Source: Candidatus Uhrbacteria bacterium RIFOXYB12_FULL_58_10
Lineage (GTDB): Bacteria > Patescibacteriota > Patescibacteriia > UBA9934 > GWF2-40-263
Reading direction: 5' to 3'
DNA: 39,170 nt
NCBI GenBank assembly: GCA_943357025.1
Contig: CALRGA010000002.1
Coordinates: forward strand, 1-39,170
Position numbers and translations under genes: made by a program. Below the pieces are notes generated by a model, which was not told where the DNA came from, did not search any database, and saw only the letters and a program-made list of their open reading frames with translations. Each line of letters opens with the position of its first letter. The first letter of the stretch is position 1. Positions 16,555 to 25,146 of this stretch are shown here, piece after piece.

Positions 16555-17789
16555 TGAGAGTCGCTATCATCGGAGGCGGCGCGGCCGGGCTGATGGCCGC
16601 CGCGACGATTCACGAGGACGATCCTTCGGTCGAGATCTTTTTGATCGAGCGAAACGACGGGCTCGGGAAGAAGGTCATCATCTCGGGCGGCGGACGGTGC
16701 AACGTGACGACGGGAATCCGCGACGTGAAGGCCTTGCTCGCGAAGTATCCGCGCGGCAACAAGTTTCTGACCTCCGCGATGTACGCCTTCCCGCCCGAGG
16801 CGGTCGAGGCGTGGTTCGAGTCGCGCGGCGTCCCGCTCAAGACGCAGGCCGACCTCCGCGTGTTCCCCGTCTCCGACGACGGCCGCGACATCGTCCGCGC
16901 GTTCGACGAATTATTCGCGATGTCAAACGTGCGTGTCCTTTTGAAAACCTCCGCGACCCGCGTCGAAAAGCGCGGCGACGAATTTTTTATCTTTACGAAG
17001 GAATCGACGGAACCGCTCGTCGTCGACAAGCTCGTCCTCACGACCGGCGGGCAGGCGTACCGACACACGGGATCGACCGGAGACGGATACGCGTTCGCGA
17101 CGGCGCTTGGCCACACGATCACGGCGCTCGCCCCGAGCCTCAACGCGTTCTTCACGTCCGAGACGTGGCCGAAGGAAATCTCCGGGCTCTCGTTCGAGCG
17201 CGCGACGATTACCGCGATGCGCGACGGCCGCCCGAAGTTCTCCGGACCGTTCCTCTTCACCCACAAGGGCGTCAGCGGACCGGCCGTCTTCGCGCTGTCG
17301 TCGCTCGTCGCGTTCGAACCGTACGACGCCGCGAATCCGCTCGAGATCTCCATCGATCTCTTCCCCGACCTGACCGTCGACGATCTCCGCGCGCAGATCG
17401 AGGCCGTCGCGGCGACGAACGCGAACAAGCGGTTCGACAACGTCCTCGGCCTCCTCGTCCCGAAGTCCCTCGCCGACGTCGTCGTCGACCAGCTTGGGAT
17501 TTCGAAGACCAAGAGCGCGAACCAGGTCGCGAAAAAAGACATGGCGCGCTCGGCGGGCTGGCTCAAGGCGATTCCGCTCCACGTGGTCCAGCGCGGCGCC
17601 GGCGACGAGTTCGTCACCGCGGGAGGAGTCACGCTGTCGGAGGTCGACCCGGCGACCATGGAATCGCGCGTTTGTCCCGGACTTTACTTCGCCGGAGAGA
17701 TTTTGGACGTGGACGGGTTCACGGGCGGATTCAACCTTCAGGCGTCCTGGGCCGTCGGCCGCCTCGTCGGAAAATCTATCGGGCATTGA
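16551..17789 (+). CDS. NAD(FAD)-utilizing dehydrogenase, BaiN/RdsA (HI0933-like) family flavoprotein
   Basis: MMRVAIIGGGAAGLMAA (dinucleotide fold), ..GKKVIISGGGRCNVTT.., ..TGSTGDGY..A..LGH.., ..FTH.G.SGPA.. and C-terminal ..GLYFAGEILDVDG.TGG.NLQ.. ATGA overlap with the ABC-F stop. Confidence 0.85.
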
Positions 17790-17813
17790 CAATCGGCCTC
17801 CATTCGCCTATTC
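17785..17813 (+). promoter_or_regulatory. Sigma70-like promoter overlapping the end of the flavoprotein gene
   Basis: TTGACA (17785-17790), 17 nt, TATTCT (17808-17813). Confidence 0.45.
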
Positions 17814-17839
17814 TTTCGTTGTCCCGGTCAATTCTATCC

Positions 17840-18238
17840 GTGACATCCCGCCAACGTCCCGCCAGCGAGACTCCATTGTCCCAGTCCTCCGCAGAAAAAA
17901 CCTCCCCCGCCGTCCGTCCCACCCCGTTCGATCTCCTCGTGGACAGTCGACGTCCGCTCATCAGCCGATTCAAGGCTCGCATCCCCGCCATGCGCGCAGG
18001 GAATCCGAACGCCGAGACCGACGATCTCCTCCGCGACTACCTCTCGTGGATCGCGAACCTCACGTCCGACCTGAACGGCAAGCTCGAGCGTGCCTACGCT
18101 CTCGCAGCCGATCTCGGTCGCGACGACGCCGAGGACTGGCATGAGTCGTACACGACCGCGTTCGTGATCGATTACATCCTCCCGGGCCTCGAGACGGAAT
18201 TCGCCGCGGCCCAGAACGCAAAGGGACCCGCCAACTAG
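17840..18238 (+). CDS. Small hypothetical protein (start uncertain: GTG 17840 or ATG 17990)
   Basis: This is the C-terminal part of the otherwise spurious track ORF 16454..18238. The segment ..MRAGNPNAETDDLLRDYLSWIANLTSDLNGKLERAYALAADLGRDDAEDWHESYTTAFVIDYILPGLETEFAAAQNAKGPAN has gene-like composition and GC3 bias. A promoter lies upstream and a hairpin plus T-run downstream. No family recognised. Confidence 0.4.
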   Translation: MTSRQRPASETPLSQSSAEKTSPAVRPTPFDLLVDSRRPLISRFKARIPAMRAGNPNAETDDLLRDYLSWIANLTSDLNGKLERAYALAADLGRDDAEDWHESYTTAFVIDYILPGLETEFAAAQNAKGPAN

Positions 18239-18254
18239 CGAATCCCGCGCCCTC

Positions 18255-18296
18255 GCCATCCCCACGCTCCACGGAGCTTCGGATGGCTCTTTTTTT
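18255..18296 (+). terminator. Putative intrinsic terminator for the small plus-strand ORF
   Basis: GCCATCC (18255-18261), 19-nt loop, GGATGGC (18281-18287), followed by tcTTTTTTT. The loop is long, so only moderate support. Confidence 0.4.
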
Positions 18297-19719
18297 ATCC
18301 CGCTGCCGCCGCCACGTCGAACCCGGCTCCCTTCTCATCGCCGGTCACGACCGCGAGGTGCGCGCCCTTCTTGATCCATTTGCGGCCGCGCAGCTCGGCA
18401 ATCGCCTTTTCCGCGAATCCTTTGGACGATTTCGATTTTAAGACAAACGCCCGGACGCCCCAGCGAATGCTCGCCTGCCGCGCCTCGGCCTCCGTGGCGC
18501 AGGCCAGGAACAGCGGAACTTGAGGCCGCGCGATCATGAGCTTCGCGGCCCACGGCGCGGTCGCGTGCGACGCGACGATTCCGGAGATCAGGTCGCCCTC
18601 GGCGAACGTTCTCAGCGTCTCGCTCAGCGCCGCGATCCCCTCTCCTTCCAAAGGAGAGGGGCCAGGTGAGGTCTCCGCCACGTCGTCGAACTTCGACGCC
18701 TCGGTCTCCGCGATGATCCTTGCCATCATCGCCACCGCTTGCTTCGGATATTTTCCAGACGCGGACTCCCCCGACAGCATCACCGCGTCCGCGTGGTCGC
18801 AAACCGCGTTCGCGACGTCGGACACCTCGGCGCGCGTGGGCCGCGGGTTGCGCATCATCGAGTCGAGCATCTGCGTCGCGACGACGACGGGCTTTCCCGC
18901 GAGGCGGCATTTCTCGACGATCTCTTTCTGGCGAAGCGGCACGTCCTCGGCAGGCGTCTCCACCCCGAGGTCGCCCCGCGCCACCATCACCGCGTCCGTT
19001 GCGGCGAGGATCTCGTCGAAGTTGTCGATCGCCTCGTGCTTTTCAATCTTGACGATAATTCGAGGTGAATGCTGAAGGGGCTTAGAGGGCTGAGATGGCT
19101 TATAAGCCTTTTCAGACCTTTCAGCCTTCTCAGCCCTTGCGATCAACGATCGCAGCGTCCTCACGTCCTTCGCGCAGGTGACGAACGACAGCGCCATCCA
19201 GTCCACGCCCTGTTGAACGCCAAAAATAATATCCTCCTTGTCCTTCGCGGTGAGCGAGGAGACGCGAAGCGTCGAATCCGGAAAGTTCATCCCCTTGTGC
19301 GACGTGACCGTCCCGCCGTTCACCACCTTCGCGGTCATGAATCCGGACTTCCCGCTGACGTAGGAAACCTCGATGATCCCGTCGTCGATCATCACGCGGT
19401 CGCCCTGCTTTACGTCCTTGTGCAGCGCCGCGTACGTCACCGGCAGCGTGACCGTCTCCCCGTTCTTCAAAACGACGCCCGCGTCCGGAACGACGCCGAT
19501 TCGAATCTTCGGCCCCTGCAGGTCGCCGAGAATTGCCACCGTCTCCCCCACCTTCTTCGCCGCCGCGCGAACGGTCCGGACAAGCTTGGCGTGCCCGGCA
19601 TGCGTCCCGTGCGAAAAGTTCAGCCGCGCGACGTTCATGCCCGACTTGATCATCGCGGACAGCGTGGCAAGCGAATCCGACGCGGGGCCGATGGTACAGA
19701 CGATCTTGGTGCGCTTCAT
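18295..19719 (-). CDS. pyk: Pyruvate kinase
   Basis: [14 protein letters not shown]......L...[15 protein letters not shown]...., ..[12 protein letters not shown].., ..[41 protein letters not shown]...C...[14 protein letters not shown]...[30 protein letters not shown]. Carries two in-frame palindromic inserts (see repeats). Confidence 0.92.
   Translation of the reverse strand: MKRTKIVCTIGPASDSLATLSAMIKSGMNVARLNFSHGTHAGHAKLVRTVRAAAKKVGETVAILGDLQGPKIRIGVVPDAGVVLKNGETVTLPVTYAALHKDVKQGDRVMIDDGIIEVSYVSGKSGFMTAKVVNGGTVTSHKGMNFPDSTLRVSSLTAKDKEDIIFGVQQGVDWMALSFVTCAKDVRTLRSLIARAEKAERSEKAYKPSQPSKPLQHSPRIIVKIEKHEAIDNFDEILAATDAVMVARGDLGVETPAEDVPLRQKEIVEKCRLAGKPVVVATQMLDSMMRNPRPTRAEVSDVANAVCDHADAVMLSGESASGKYPKQAVAMMARIIAETEASKFDDVAETSPGPSPLEGEGIAALSETLRTFAEGDLISGIVASHATAPWAAKLMIARPQVPLFLACATEAEARQASIRWGVRAFVLKSKSSKGFAEKAIAELRGRKWIKKGAHLAVVTGDEKGAGFDVAAAAG
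18637..18671 (+). repeat. GC-rich hairpin element inside pyk (in frame)
   Basis: CCCCTCTCCTT (18637-18647), cca, AAGGAGAGGGG (18651-18661) plus the tail CCAGGTGAGG. Same family as 2244-2277 and 26847-26879. Read on the minus strand it encodes ..[12 protein letters not shown].. Confidence 0.5.
19072..19136. repeat. 9-bp-periodic imperfect palindrome inside pyk (in frame)
   Basis: CTGAAGGGG CTTAGAGGG CTGAGATGG CTTATAAGC | CTTTTCAGA CCTTTCAGC CTTCTCAGC CC. Four 9-mers are followed by their approximate inverted complements. The centre GGCTTATAAGCC is a perfect palindrome. Encodes ..[21 protein letters not shown].. Confidence 0.5.
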
Positions 19720-19720
19720 A

Positions 19721-20971
19721 TTATTCGGCGGTTAGTTCTTCAAGCGTCACCTTCGCGTCGAACCCGTCGTCGCCGCGCGCGATCCTCAGGGTGACCGTCT
19801 CGCCCGGGTCGTATTGGCTGATGGTCGTGCCAAGCGTGTCGTGGTCGTCGAGACGCTGGCCGTTGACCGACAGGATCACGTCGCCTTCCCTCAGACCGGC
19901 CTTCTCGGCCGGCGACCCGGGAGCCACGGCCGGCTCGGTCTCGCGGTCGTAGCCGTAGGTGACGAGCACGCCGTATTCGACGGACAGATGCTCTTCCTCG
20001 GCGAGCGGCGCGTCCACCTCCAGGTAGCGGACGCCGAGCCACGGACGGACGATTCGTCCGAACTGCCGAATGTCGTCCACGATCTTCTTCGCGTCGTTGA
20101 CGGGAATCGCGAACCCGACGGACTGCCCGTCGTAGCTCACGGCCGCGTTGATCCCGATCACCTCGCCGAGCAGGTTGATGAGCGGCCCGCCCGAGTTGCC
20201 CGGGTTGATCGCCGCGTCGGTCTGGATCGCGCGCTCGATTTCCTCGTCGGACCCGTACTCGTCGCCGGCGAGCACGCTGCGGTTGATCCCCGACACGACG
20301 CCCTTCGTGACGGTGTTGCGATATTCGGAAAGGGTGTTGCCGATGGCGATGACGGTCTGGCCGATGCGGATGCGGTCGGAATCGCCGAGCGTCGCCACCG
20401 GGTATCCGTCGCCTGCCACGTCGAGCACGGCGATGTCGAGGAACGCGTCGCGCGCAACGACCGTGGCGGGTAGTTCGACGCCGTCGTTCGTGACCACGGC
20501 ATACGTCGCGTCGAGGTCGCTGACCACGTGGCGGTTCGTGACGATGTATCCGTCGTCCGACATGAAGAATCCGGAGCCGCCGCCGATCTCGACGAGCTCG
20601 CTCGGATCCGTGTCGGGAGGAAGATCGGCAGGCGGCGGCGCCCACATCGGATCGAAGAAATCGGAGTTCATCTCCTCGGCTTGCACGGCGCCCCACGTCT
20701 TGCGGATGACGACGCTCACCACCGACGGCGCGACGGCGTCGACGACGGAGATGCTCGCGCTTTCCTCCTCGATCATCTGCACGATGCGCCGGTCGGTCGC
20801 GGCGACCCCCGGCGGCGTCCCGCCCATCCGGGCCACGAGGTCCGTCCCGTTGATCGCCCCCGTCATAAGCACCGCGCCCACCGCCCCGGAAACCGAACCG
20901 ATCAACGCCGCGGCCGCGACGGCGACGACGAGGATTGTTTGGTGAATTCCCGACGGCTGTTCGGATCCCAT
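19721..20971 (-). CDS. htrA: HtrA/DegP-family serine protease (S1C) with a C-terminal PDZ domain
   Basis: N-terminal TM. Catalytic blocks [19 protein letters not shown] (His), DIAVLDV (Asp), [18 protein letters not shown] (Ser). PDZ-like ..[22 protein letters not shown]... Confidence 0.9.
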   Translation of the reverse strand: MGSEQPSGIHQTILVVAVAAAALIGSVSGAVGAVLMTGAINGTDLVARMGGTPPGVAATDRRIVQMIEEESASISVVDAVAPSVVSVVIRKTWGAVQAEEMNSDFFDPMWAPPPADLPPDTDPSELVEIGGGSGFFMSDDGYIVTNRHVVSDLDATYAVVTNDGVELPATVVARDAFLDIAVLDVAGDGYPVATLGDSDRIRIGQTVIAIGNTLSEYRNTVTKGVVSGINRSVLAGDEYGSDEEIERAIQTDAAINPGNSGGPLINLLGEVIGINAAVSYDGQSVGFAIPVNDAKKIVDDIRQFGRIVRPWLGVRYLEVDAPLAEEEHLSVEYGVLVTYGYDRETEPAVAPGSPAEKAGLREGDVILSVNGQRLDDHDTLGTTISQYDPGETVTLRIARGDDGFDAKVTLEELTAE

Positions 20972-20976
20972 AGTAT

Positions 20977-21474
20977 TTATTTCTTTTTCGCGATGAGCGA
21001 GCGCAGCAGCTGCTCGAACGTCTTCACGTCGTCGAACGACCGGTAGACGGAGGCGAACCGGATGTACGCCACCTTGTCGAACGCCTTCAGCTGCTTCATG
21101 AGAATCTCCCCGATGTCCTTCGCCGTCAGCTCCCCGCGCCGCTTCTTCTGGATGTCGCGCTCAATCTTGTGCACGATCTGCCGCAGATCGGCCGCCGTAT
21201 ACGGCCGCTTCTCCAGCGCCTTCTCCAACCCCTTGATCAGCTTCTCGCGCGAATAGCTCTCCCGCCTCCCGTCCCGTTTCACCACGGTCAGGTCGAGCAG
21301 TTCCATCTCCTCCAGCGTAGAAAACCGAAACTCGCACTTCTCGCACTCGCGGCGTCGGCGAATGTTTATCCCATCGGTGGACAGCCGCGAATCGACCACC
21401 TTGGTGTCCGAATTGTTGCAGACGGGACAGCGCAGAGTGTGGGTAGTATACCTGAAAACAAAAGGACAGGGCAT
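20977..21474 (-). CDS. nrdR: Transcriptional repressor NrdR (zinc ribbon + ATP-cone)
   Basis: ..RCPVCNNSDTKVVDSRLSTDGINIRRRRECEKCEFRFSTLE..E.L.L.VVKRDGRRE.Y.REKL..G...A..KRP. The start is uncertain: ATG 21489 (2 nt after the ftsZ stop), ATG 21474, or near-cognate CTG 21435, which would give the canonical M-R-C-P-x-C N-terminus. Confidence 0.85.
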   Translation of the reverse strand: MPCPFVFRYTTHTLRCPVCNNSDTKVVDSRLSTDGINIRRRRECEKCEFRFSTLEEMELLDLTVVKRDGRRESYSREKLIKGLEKALEKRPYTAADLRQIVHKIERDIQKKRRGELTAKDIGEILMKQLKAFDKVAYIRFASVYRSFDDVKTFEQLLRSLIAKKK

Positions 21475-21491
21475 ATTCCCTGTCCACATGT

Positions 21492-22817
21492 CTACATCAT
21501 CTTCTTTCGAATGAACGCAGGGATCTCAATCTCCTCTTCCTCGGTCTGCTGCTTCGTCGGAACCGGCTGCTGGTACTGCGGTTGCGGCGTCTGATATGTC
21601 AGGGGAGCGGGTCGAGGCATGAACGGTGCCGGGGCCAGGGTCGGAACGGAGTAGGCCGGCTGCTGGACCGGGGCGGGCTGCGGAGCCATCATGGGGCGCA
21701 TCGGGGCCGGCTGCTGCTGCGGCTGCGGCATCGGCTGCGGGTAGCTTACCGGCGGCTTGAGCTGGCGGCGGGCCTGGTCATCTTCCCGCACGCGGAGCGG
21801 GGCCGGTGTCCAGGTGTTCTGGGCCGGGATCTCGACGACTCCGGGGGCGGCCATGCGGCGGTCGCGCGAGTCGAATCCGGTGGCGACGACCGTGATGCGC
21901 ACCTCCTCGCCCATGCTCTCGTCGATGTTGGCGCCGAAGATGACGCGCGCGTCCTCGTCGGCCGAGCCGGTGATGATCTTGGCGGCCTCGGCGACCTCGT
22001 GCATGCCGAGGTCGGTTCCGCCCGTGATCGTGAACAGGATGCCCTTGGCGCCGTCGATGGCAACCTCGAGGAGCGGAGAGGCGATGGCCTGCTTGGCGGC
22101 CTCAACCGCGCGGTTCTCGCCGGTGGCGCGGCCGATGCCCATGAGCGCCGAGCCGGAGTTCTGCATAATGGCCTTCACGTCGGCGAAGTCGACGTTGATG
22201 AGGCCCGGGATGGTGATGAGCTCGGAAATTCCCTGCACGCCCTGGCGGAGCACGTCGTCCACCACCTTGAACGCGTCGAGCAGCGACGTCTTCTTGTCGA
22301 TGATCTGGAGCACGCGGTCGTTCGGAATCGTGATGATCGTGTCCACGTACTGCAGGAGCTGCTGGTACCCCTCCTCGGCGATGCGTCGGCGCTGGGCGCC
22401 CTCGAACGAGAACGGCTTCGTGACAACCGCGATGGTGAGCGCGCCGATTTCCTTCGCGACCTTCGCCACCTCCGGAGTTGCTCCCGTTCCGGTTCCTCCG
22501 CCGAGCCCGCACGTCACGAACACCATGTCGGAGCCGTTGAGCACCGTGCGGATCTCGTTCAGGCTTTCTTCCGCCGCGTGTCGTCCCACTTCCGGATTCA
22601 TGCCGGCGCCGAGGCCGCGCGTGACCGTCTTGCCGATCGGAATCTTGTTCGGCGCAAGGTTCTGGTGGAGCGCCTGCACGTCCGTGTTCACCACGATGAA
22701 CTCCACGCCCTTGATCTTGTCGGAGATCATGCGGTTCACCGCCGCGCCGCCGCCCCCGCCAATGCCAACCACCTTGATCTTGGCAAACGTCTCGATGTCC
22801 GGTTTCACTTCGGCCAT
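21492..22817 (-). CDS. ftsZ: Cell division protein FtsZ
   Basis: ..[17 protein letters not shown]......[13 protein letters not shown]...........G...TRGLGAG.NPEVG..AAEES...I.......[36 protein letters not shown]. Pro/Gln-rich linker and a conserved C-terminal peptide [12 protein letters not shown]. Confidence 0.95.
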   Translation of the reverse strand: MAEVKPDIETFAKIKVVGIGGGGGAAVNRMISDKIKGVEFIVVNTDVQALHQNLAPNKIPIGKTVTRGLGAGMNPEVGRHAAEESLNEIRTVLNGSDMVFVTCGLGGGTGTGATPEVAKVAKEIGALTIAVVTKPFSFEGAQRRRIAEEGYQQLLQYVDTIITIPNDRVLQIIDKKTSLLDAFKVVDDVLRQGVQGISELITIPGLINVDFADVKAIMQNSGSALMGIGRATGENRAVEAAKQAIASPLLEVAIDGAKGILFTITGGTDLGMHEVAEAAKIITGSADEDARVIFGANIDESMGEEVRITVVATGFDSRDRRMAAPGVVEIPAQNTWTPAPLRVREDDQARRQLKPPVSYPQPMPQPQQQPAPMRPMMAPQPAPVQQPAYSVPTLAPAPFMPRPAPLTYQTPQPQYQQPVPTKQQTEEEEIEIPAFIRKKMM

Positions 22818-22896
22818 AATGGTGGGATCGGCGTGTTCAAGGTGAGCAAAAGTTTTATTCGGATGTTCGGAGTGCGAACACGGGGATTATGGAACT

Positions 22897-22925
22897 ACTT
22901 TAGGTTGATGGGGGCTTGGTGTCAA
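22897..22925 (-). promoter_or_regulatory. Sigma70-like promoter of ftsZ in the ftsA-ftsZ spacer
   Basis: The minus strand reads TTGACA (22925-22920), 17 nt, TAAAGT (22902-22897). Lies ~17 nt downstream of repeat copy B. The leader to ATG 22817 is roughly 70 nt. Confidence 0.5.
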
Positions 22926-22942
22926 GGAGAAAAATTGGGCTC

Positions 22943-23064
22943 GGGGATACGAATCTACAAATCGGCTACATAACTACTAATCAACTAAAAGCTACGAATT
23001 CGTACAAATTCGTAGCAATCCGTAAATGCGTAGTTACGTAGCCGATTTGTAGATTCGTATCCAC
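22943..23064 (-). repeat. AT-rich palindromic intergenic element, copy B (full length, 25-bp perfect terminal inverted repeat)
   Basis: GGATACGAATCTACAAATCGGCTAC (22945-22969) is the exact reverse complement of 23038-23062. The interior is phased CTAC.../...GTAG words around GAATTC. The reverse complement aligns with copies A and C from GTGGATACGAATC onward. Confidence 0.65.
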
Positions 23065-23079
23065 GAGCCATCCCCTTCG

Positions 23080-24342
23080 TCATGGTTTCAACGACTTCAA
23101 CATTTGTTTGAACCCTCCCGTCCACTTATCCACACCCTTGAACTTCGCGAGGATGTTTCCGAACCGTCCTCCGTCGCCGGCCGTCTTGACGTTCTGGCCC
23201 CAGAGGACCAGTCCGATGGCCGTCGACATGGCCGGATCGTGCGCGCGCTCGATCACGGACGAGATGCCGATCGGCGTTCCGAGCGACACCGGAAGGCGCA
23301 GGGTATCCTTGGCAATTTCCAGGATCCCGTGGAGCTTCGCGCATCCGCCGGTCAGCACCATGCCGGCCGGAAGCATCCCGGAGCGATCGACCTTCTTGAG
23401 TTCGCGGTCGACCATCTGGAAAATCTCCTCGACGCGCGCCTCGGTAATGTCCGCGACGAACCGCCTCCCGACGATCTCGGATTCCATCGCGCCGAAGTCG
23501 GCCAGGTCGATCTCGTCCTTCTTCGAAACCTCGTCGGGCCTGCACGTCGCGCACCGCAGCTTCACCTGCTCCGCCACCTCGAGCGACGTCCGGAGCCCGA
23601 GCGCGATGTCGTTCGTCACGTGCGCCCCGCCGACGGGAAGCACCGCCGTGTGCAGGATCTCGCCTTCCTCGAACACGGCCACGCTCGTGGTGGACGCGCC
23701 GATGTTCACGACGCACACGCCAAGCTCCTTCTGACGGTTTGTCACGACCGACTCGGCCGTCGCGAGGATCGAATAGACAAGGTCCTCGATGTCGAGACCC
23801 GTCCGATAGATGCACTTCGTCAAATTCTTGATCTGCGACGAGAGGCCCTGGATGATCAGCGCGTCCACTTCCAGGCGGATCCCGTTCATCCCCACCGCGT
23901 CCTTGATGCCGCGCTGCCCGTCGACGATGAACGTCTTCGGAATCACGTGCAGGATCTCGTAGTTGGTCGGCGTCGCGACGGTGCGAGCCGCCTCGATGGC
24001 GCGCTCGACGTCCTCCTCGCGGATCTCGCCGTCGGATCGGGACACGCCGATGACTCCGCGGCTTTCCTGCGAGATGATGTGGCTCCCGGAAATCGCGACC
24101 CAGGCGGACGCGAGCGGAAGGCCGGTCAGCCGCTCGGCCTGCTCGAGCGCCTTTGAAACCGAAGAAACCGCGTCCTCGATCCCGGTGATCGTGCCGCGGT
24201 TCACGCCCATGCTCGGAACCTCCACGGCCCCGATGACGTGCACCTGCGATTTCCCGTCGGCGGCGGAAGGAACGCCCTTCCCGACCGCGACGCGGATGGC
24301 ATGCGACCCGATGTCGAGCCCTACGTAAATGTCTTCGGCCAT
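23080..24342 (-). CDS. ftsA: Cell division protein FtsA
   Basis: MAEDIYVGLDIGSHAIRVAVG.... is an actin-like ATPase fold (..GVCVVNIGASTTSVAVFEEGEILHTAVLPVGG.HVTNDIA.., ..LPAGMVLTGG.AKL.G..E.A...L.LPV..G.P). Track ORF 23080..24528 trimmed to ATG 24342; the upstream 62 codons are Ser/Pro/Arg-rich and overlap dgkA. Confidence 0.92.
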   Translation of the reverse strand: MAEDIYVGLDIGSHAIRVAVGKGVPSAADGKSQVHVIGAVEVPSMGVNRGTITGIEDAVSSVSKALEQAERLTGLPLASAWVAISGSHIISQESRGVIGVSRSDGEIREEDVERAIEAARTVATPTNYEILHVIPKTFIVDGQRGIKDAVGMNGIRLEVDALIIQGLSSQIKNLTKCIYRTGLDIEDLVYSILATAESVVTNRQKELGVCVVNIGASTTSVAVFEEGEILHTAVLPVGGAHVTNDIALGLRTSLEVAEQVKLRCATCRPDEVSKKDEIDLADFGAMESEIVGRRFVADITEARVEEIFQMVDRELKKVDRSGMLPAGMVLTGGCAKLHGILEIAKDTLRLPVSLGTPIGISSVIERAHDPAMSTAIGLVLWGQNVKTAGDGGRFGNILAKFKGVDKWTGGFKQMLKSLKP

Positions 24343-24352
24343 AGTGGTGGAA

Positions 24353-24721
24353 TTATAGCACAGTTTTGGCGACGTACGGCCAGAAGATGACGGTTCCGAC
24401 GAGCAGCGAGACGACCGAGGCGATGAGGACGGCGCCGGCCATGATGTCCTTGATGTCGCGGACGACCGGGTGGATGCGTGGCTGAAAACTGTCGACGAGC
24501 CGTTCGAAGATGGTGTTGATGATCTCAAGCGTGAGGACGGCGCCGATCAGGAGAAGGATGATGAGAAACTGGTAGGTTGAGATTTTAAAGACGATTGAGG
24601 CGACGATCGCGCACACGGCCCCGACGACCTGGATGCGGAACGACTGCTCGGCCTTGAACACGACGGAGACGCCGCGCAGCGCGTGTCGAACGCTTGAATA
24701 CAAATCTTGTACGCGAATCAT
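24353..24721 (-). CDS. dgkA: Diacylglycerol/undecaprenol kinase (DgkA family)
   Basis: 122 aa with 3 TM helices. ..HALRG....FK.E.SFRIQ........., ..LEIINT.FE.LVD......HP..RDIKD..AGAVL.. are family motifs. ATGA overlap with the ybeY stop. Confidence 0.8.
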   Translation of the reverse strand: MIRVQDLYSSVRHALRGVSVVFKAEQSFRIQVVGAVCAIVASIVFKISTYQFLIILLLIGAVLTLEIINTIFERLVDSFQPRIHPVVRDIKDIMAGAVLIASVVSLLVGTVIFWPYVAKTVL

Positions 24722-25146
24722 ATGCGGGGATTTACTCCAAGCTTGGTCAGGATCCTCGCCTGGCGCGGGAACATCTTCTTCGCGTCCTTCGGCTCGACGT
24801 GGTCGAATCCGAACGTGTGAAGGACGCCGTGGACGATGAGGAAGACGAGTTCGTCCCGAGTGGAATGCCGCATCTCCCTCGCCTGCCGAACCGCCTGCGG
24901 GTAGCAGAGCAGAATCTCGTTGGTCGTTTCGAACGACAGAACGTCCGTCACGTAATCATGCCCGCGCCATTTCTTGTTTAATGCACGCATCGTCTTCTCG
25001 GAGACGAACGCGATCGACAACTCGACGGGCTTTTTAACCTTCAGTTCCGACGAACACTCGGCCAGCGCGGCCTCAACCAGGCGACGAGGAAGTCGCTGTC
25101 CGCCCCGAAGGATCTCCTGGTTCAGCTCGAATCCGATCAAAGCCAT
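24718..25146 (-). CDS. ybeY: rRNA maturation RNase YbeY
   Basis: ..LSIAFVSEKTMRALNKKWRGHDYVTDVLSF.......EI..CYP.A..QA.E......DEL.FL.VHGVLHTFGFDH (zinc-binding H..LH..G.DH). Track ORF trimmed to ATG 25146 (MALIGFE..). 10-nt overlap with the upstream gene. Confidence 0.88.
   Translation of the reverse strand: MALIGFELNQEILRGGQRLPRRLVEAALAECSSELKVKKPVELSIAFVSEKTMRALNKKWRGHDYVTDVLSFETTNEILLCYPQAVRQAREMRHSTRDELVFLIVHGVLHTFGFDHVEPKDAKKMFPRQARILTKLGVNPRI

Noticed and set aside
19072-19136. CRISPR-like or minisatellite array (regular 9-bp units).
   Set aside because: The units are only 9 bp with no spacers. The array is a palindrome inside pyk and in frame. No cas genes or 25-40-bp repeats were seen anywhere in the window.
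22818-23079. Replication origin (oriC) in the AT-rich ftsA-ftsZ spacer, because of the DnaA-box-like GTATCCAC strings.
   Set aside because: Only one or two near-consensus boxes occur per element. The same strings occur in the two other copies of a dispersed repeat. There is no dnaA/dnaN nearby and no obvious AT-rich 13-mer unwinding cluster. A repeat or regulatory element is the better explanation. A genome-wide GC-skew analysis would settle it.
24343-24528. N-terminal extensions of track ORFs: ftsA 24343-24528, ybeY 25147-25461, TSP3 protein 26777-26920, AI-2E 3408-3626, smpB 4351-4410, rpmI 5126-5179, and the membrane protein 5462-5839.
   Set aside because: The extensions are low-complexity Ser/Arg/Pro sequence, overlap neighbouring genes, promoters or repeat elements, and precede canonical family N-termini that start at internal ATGs.
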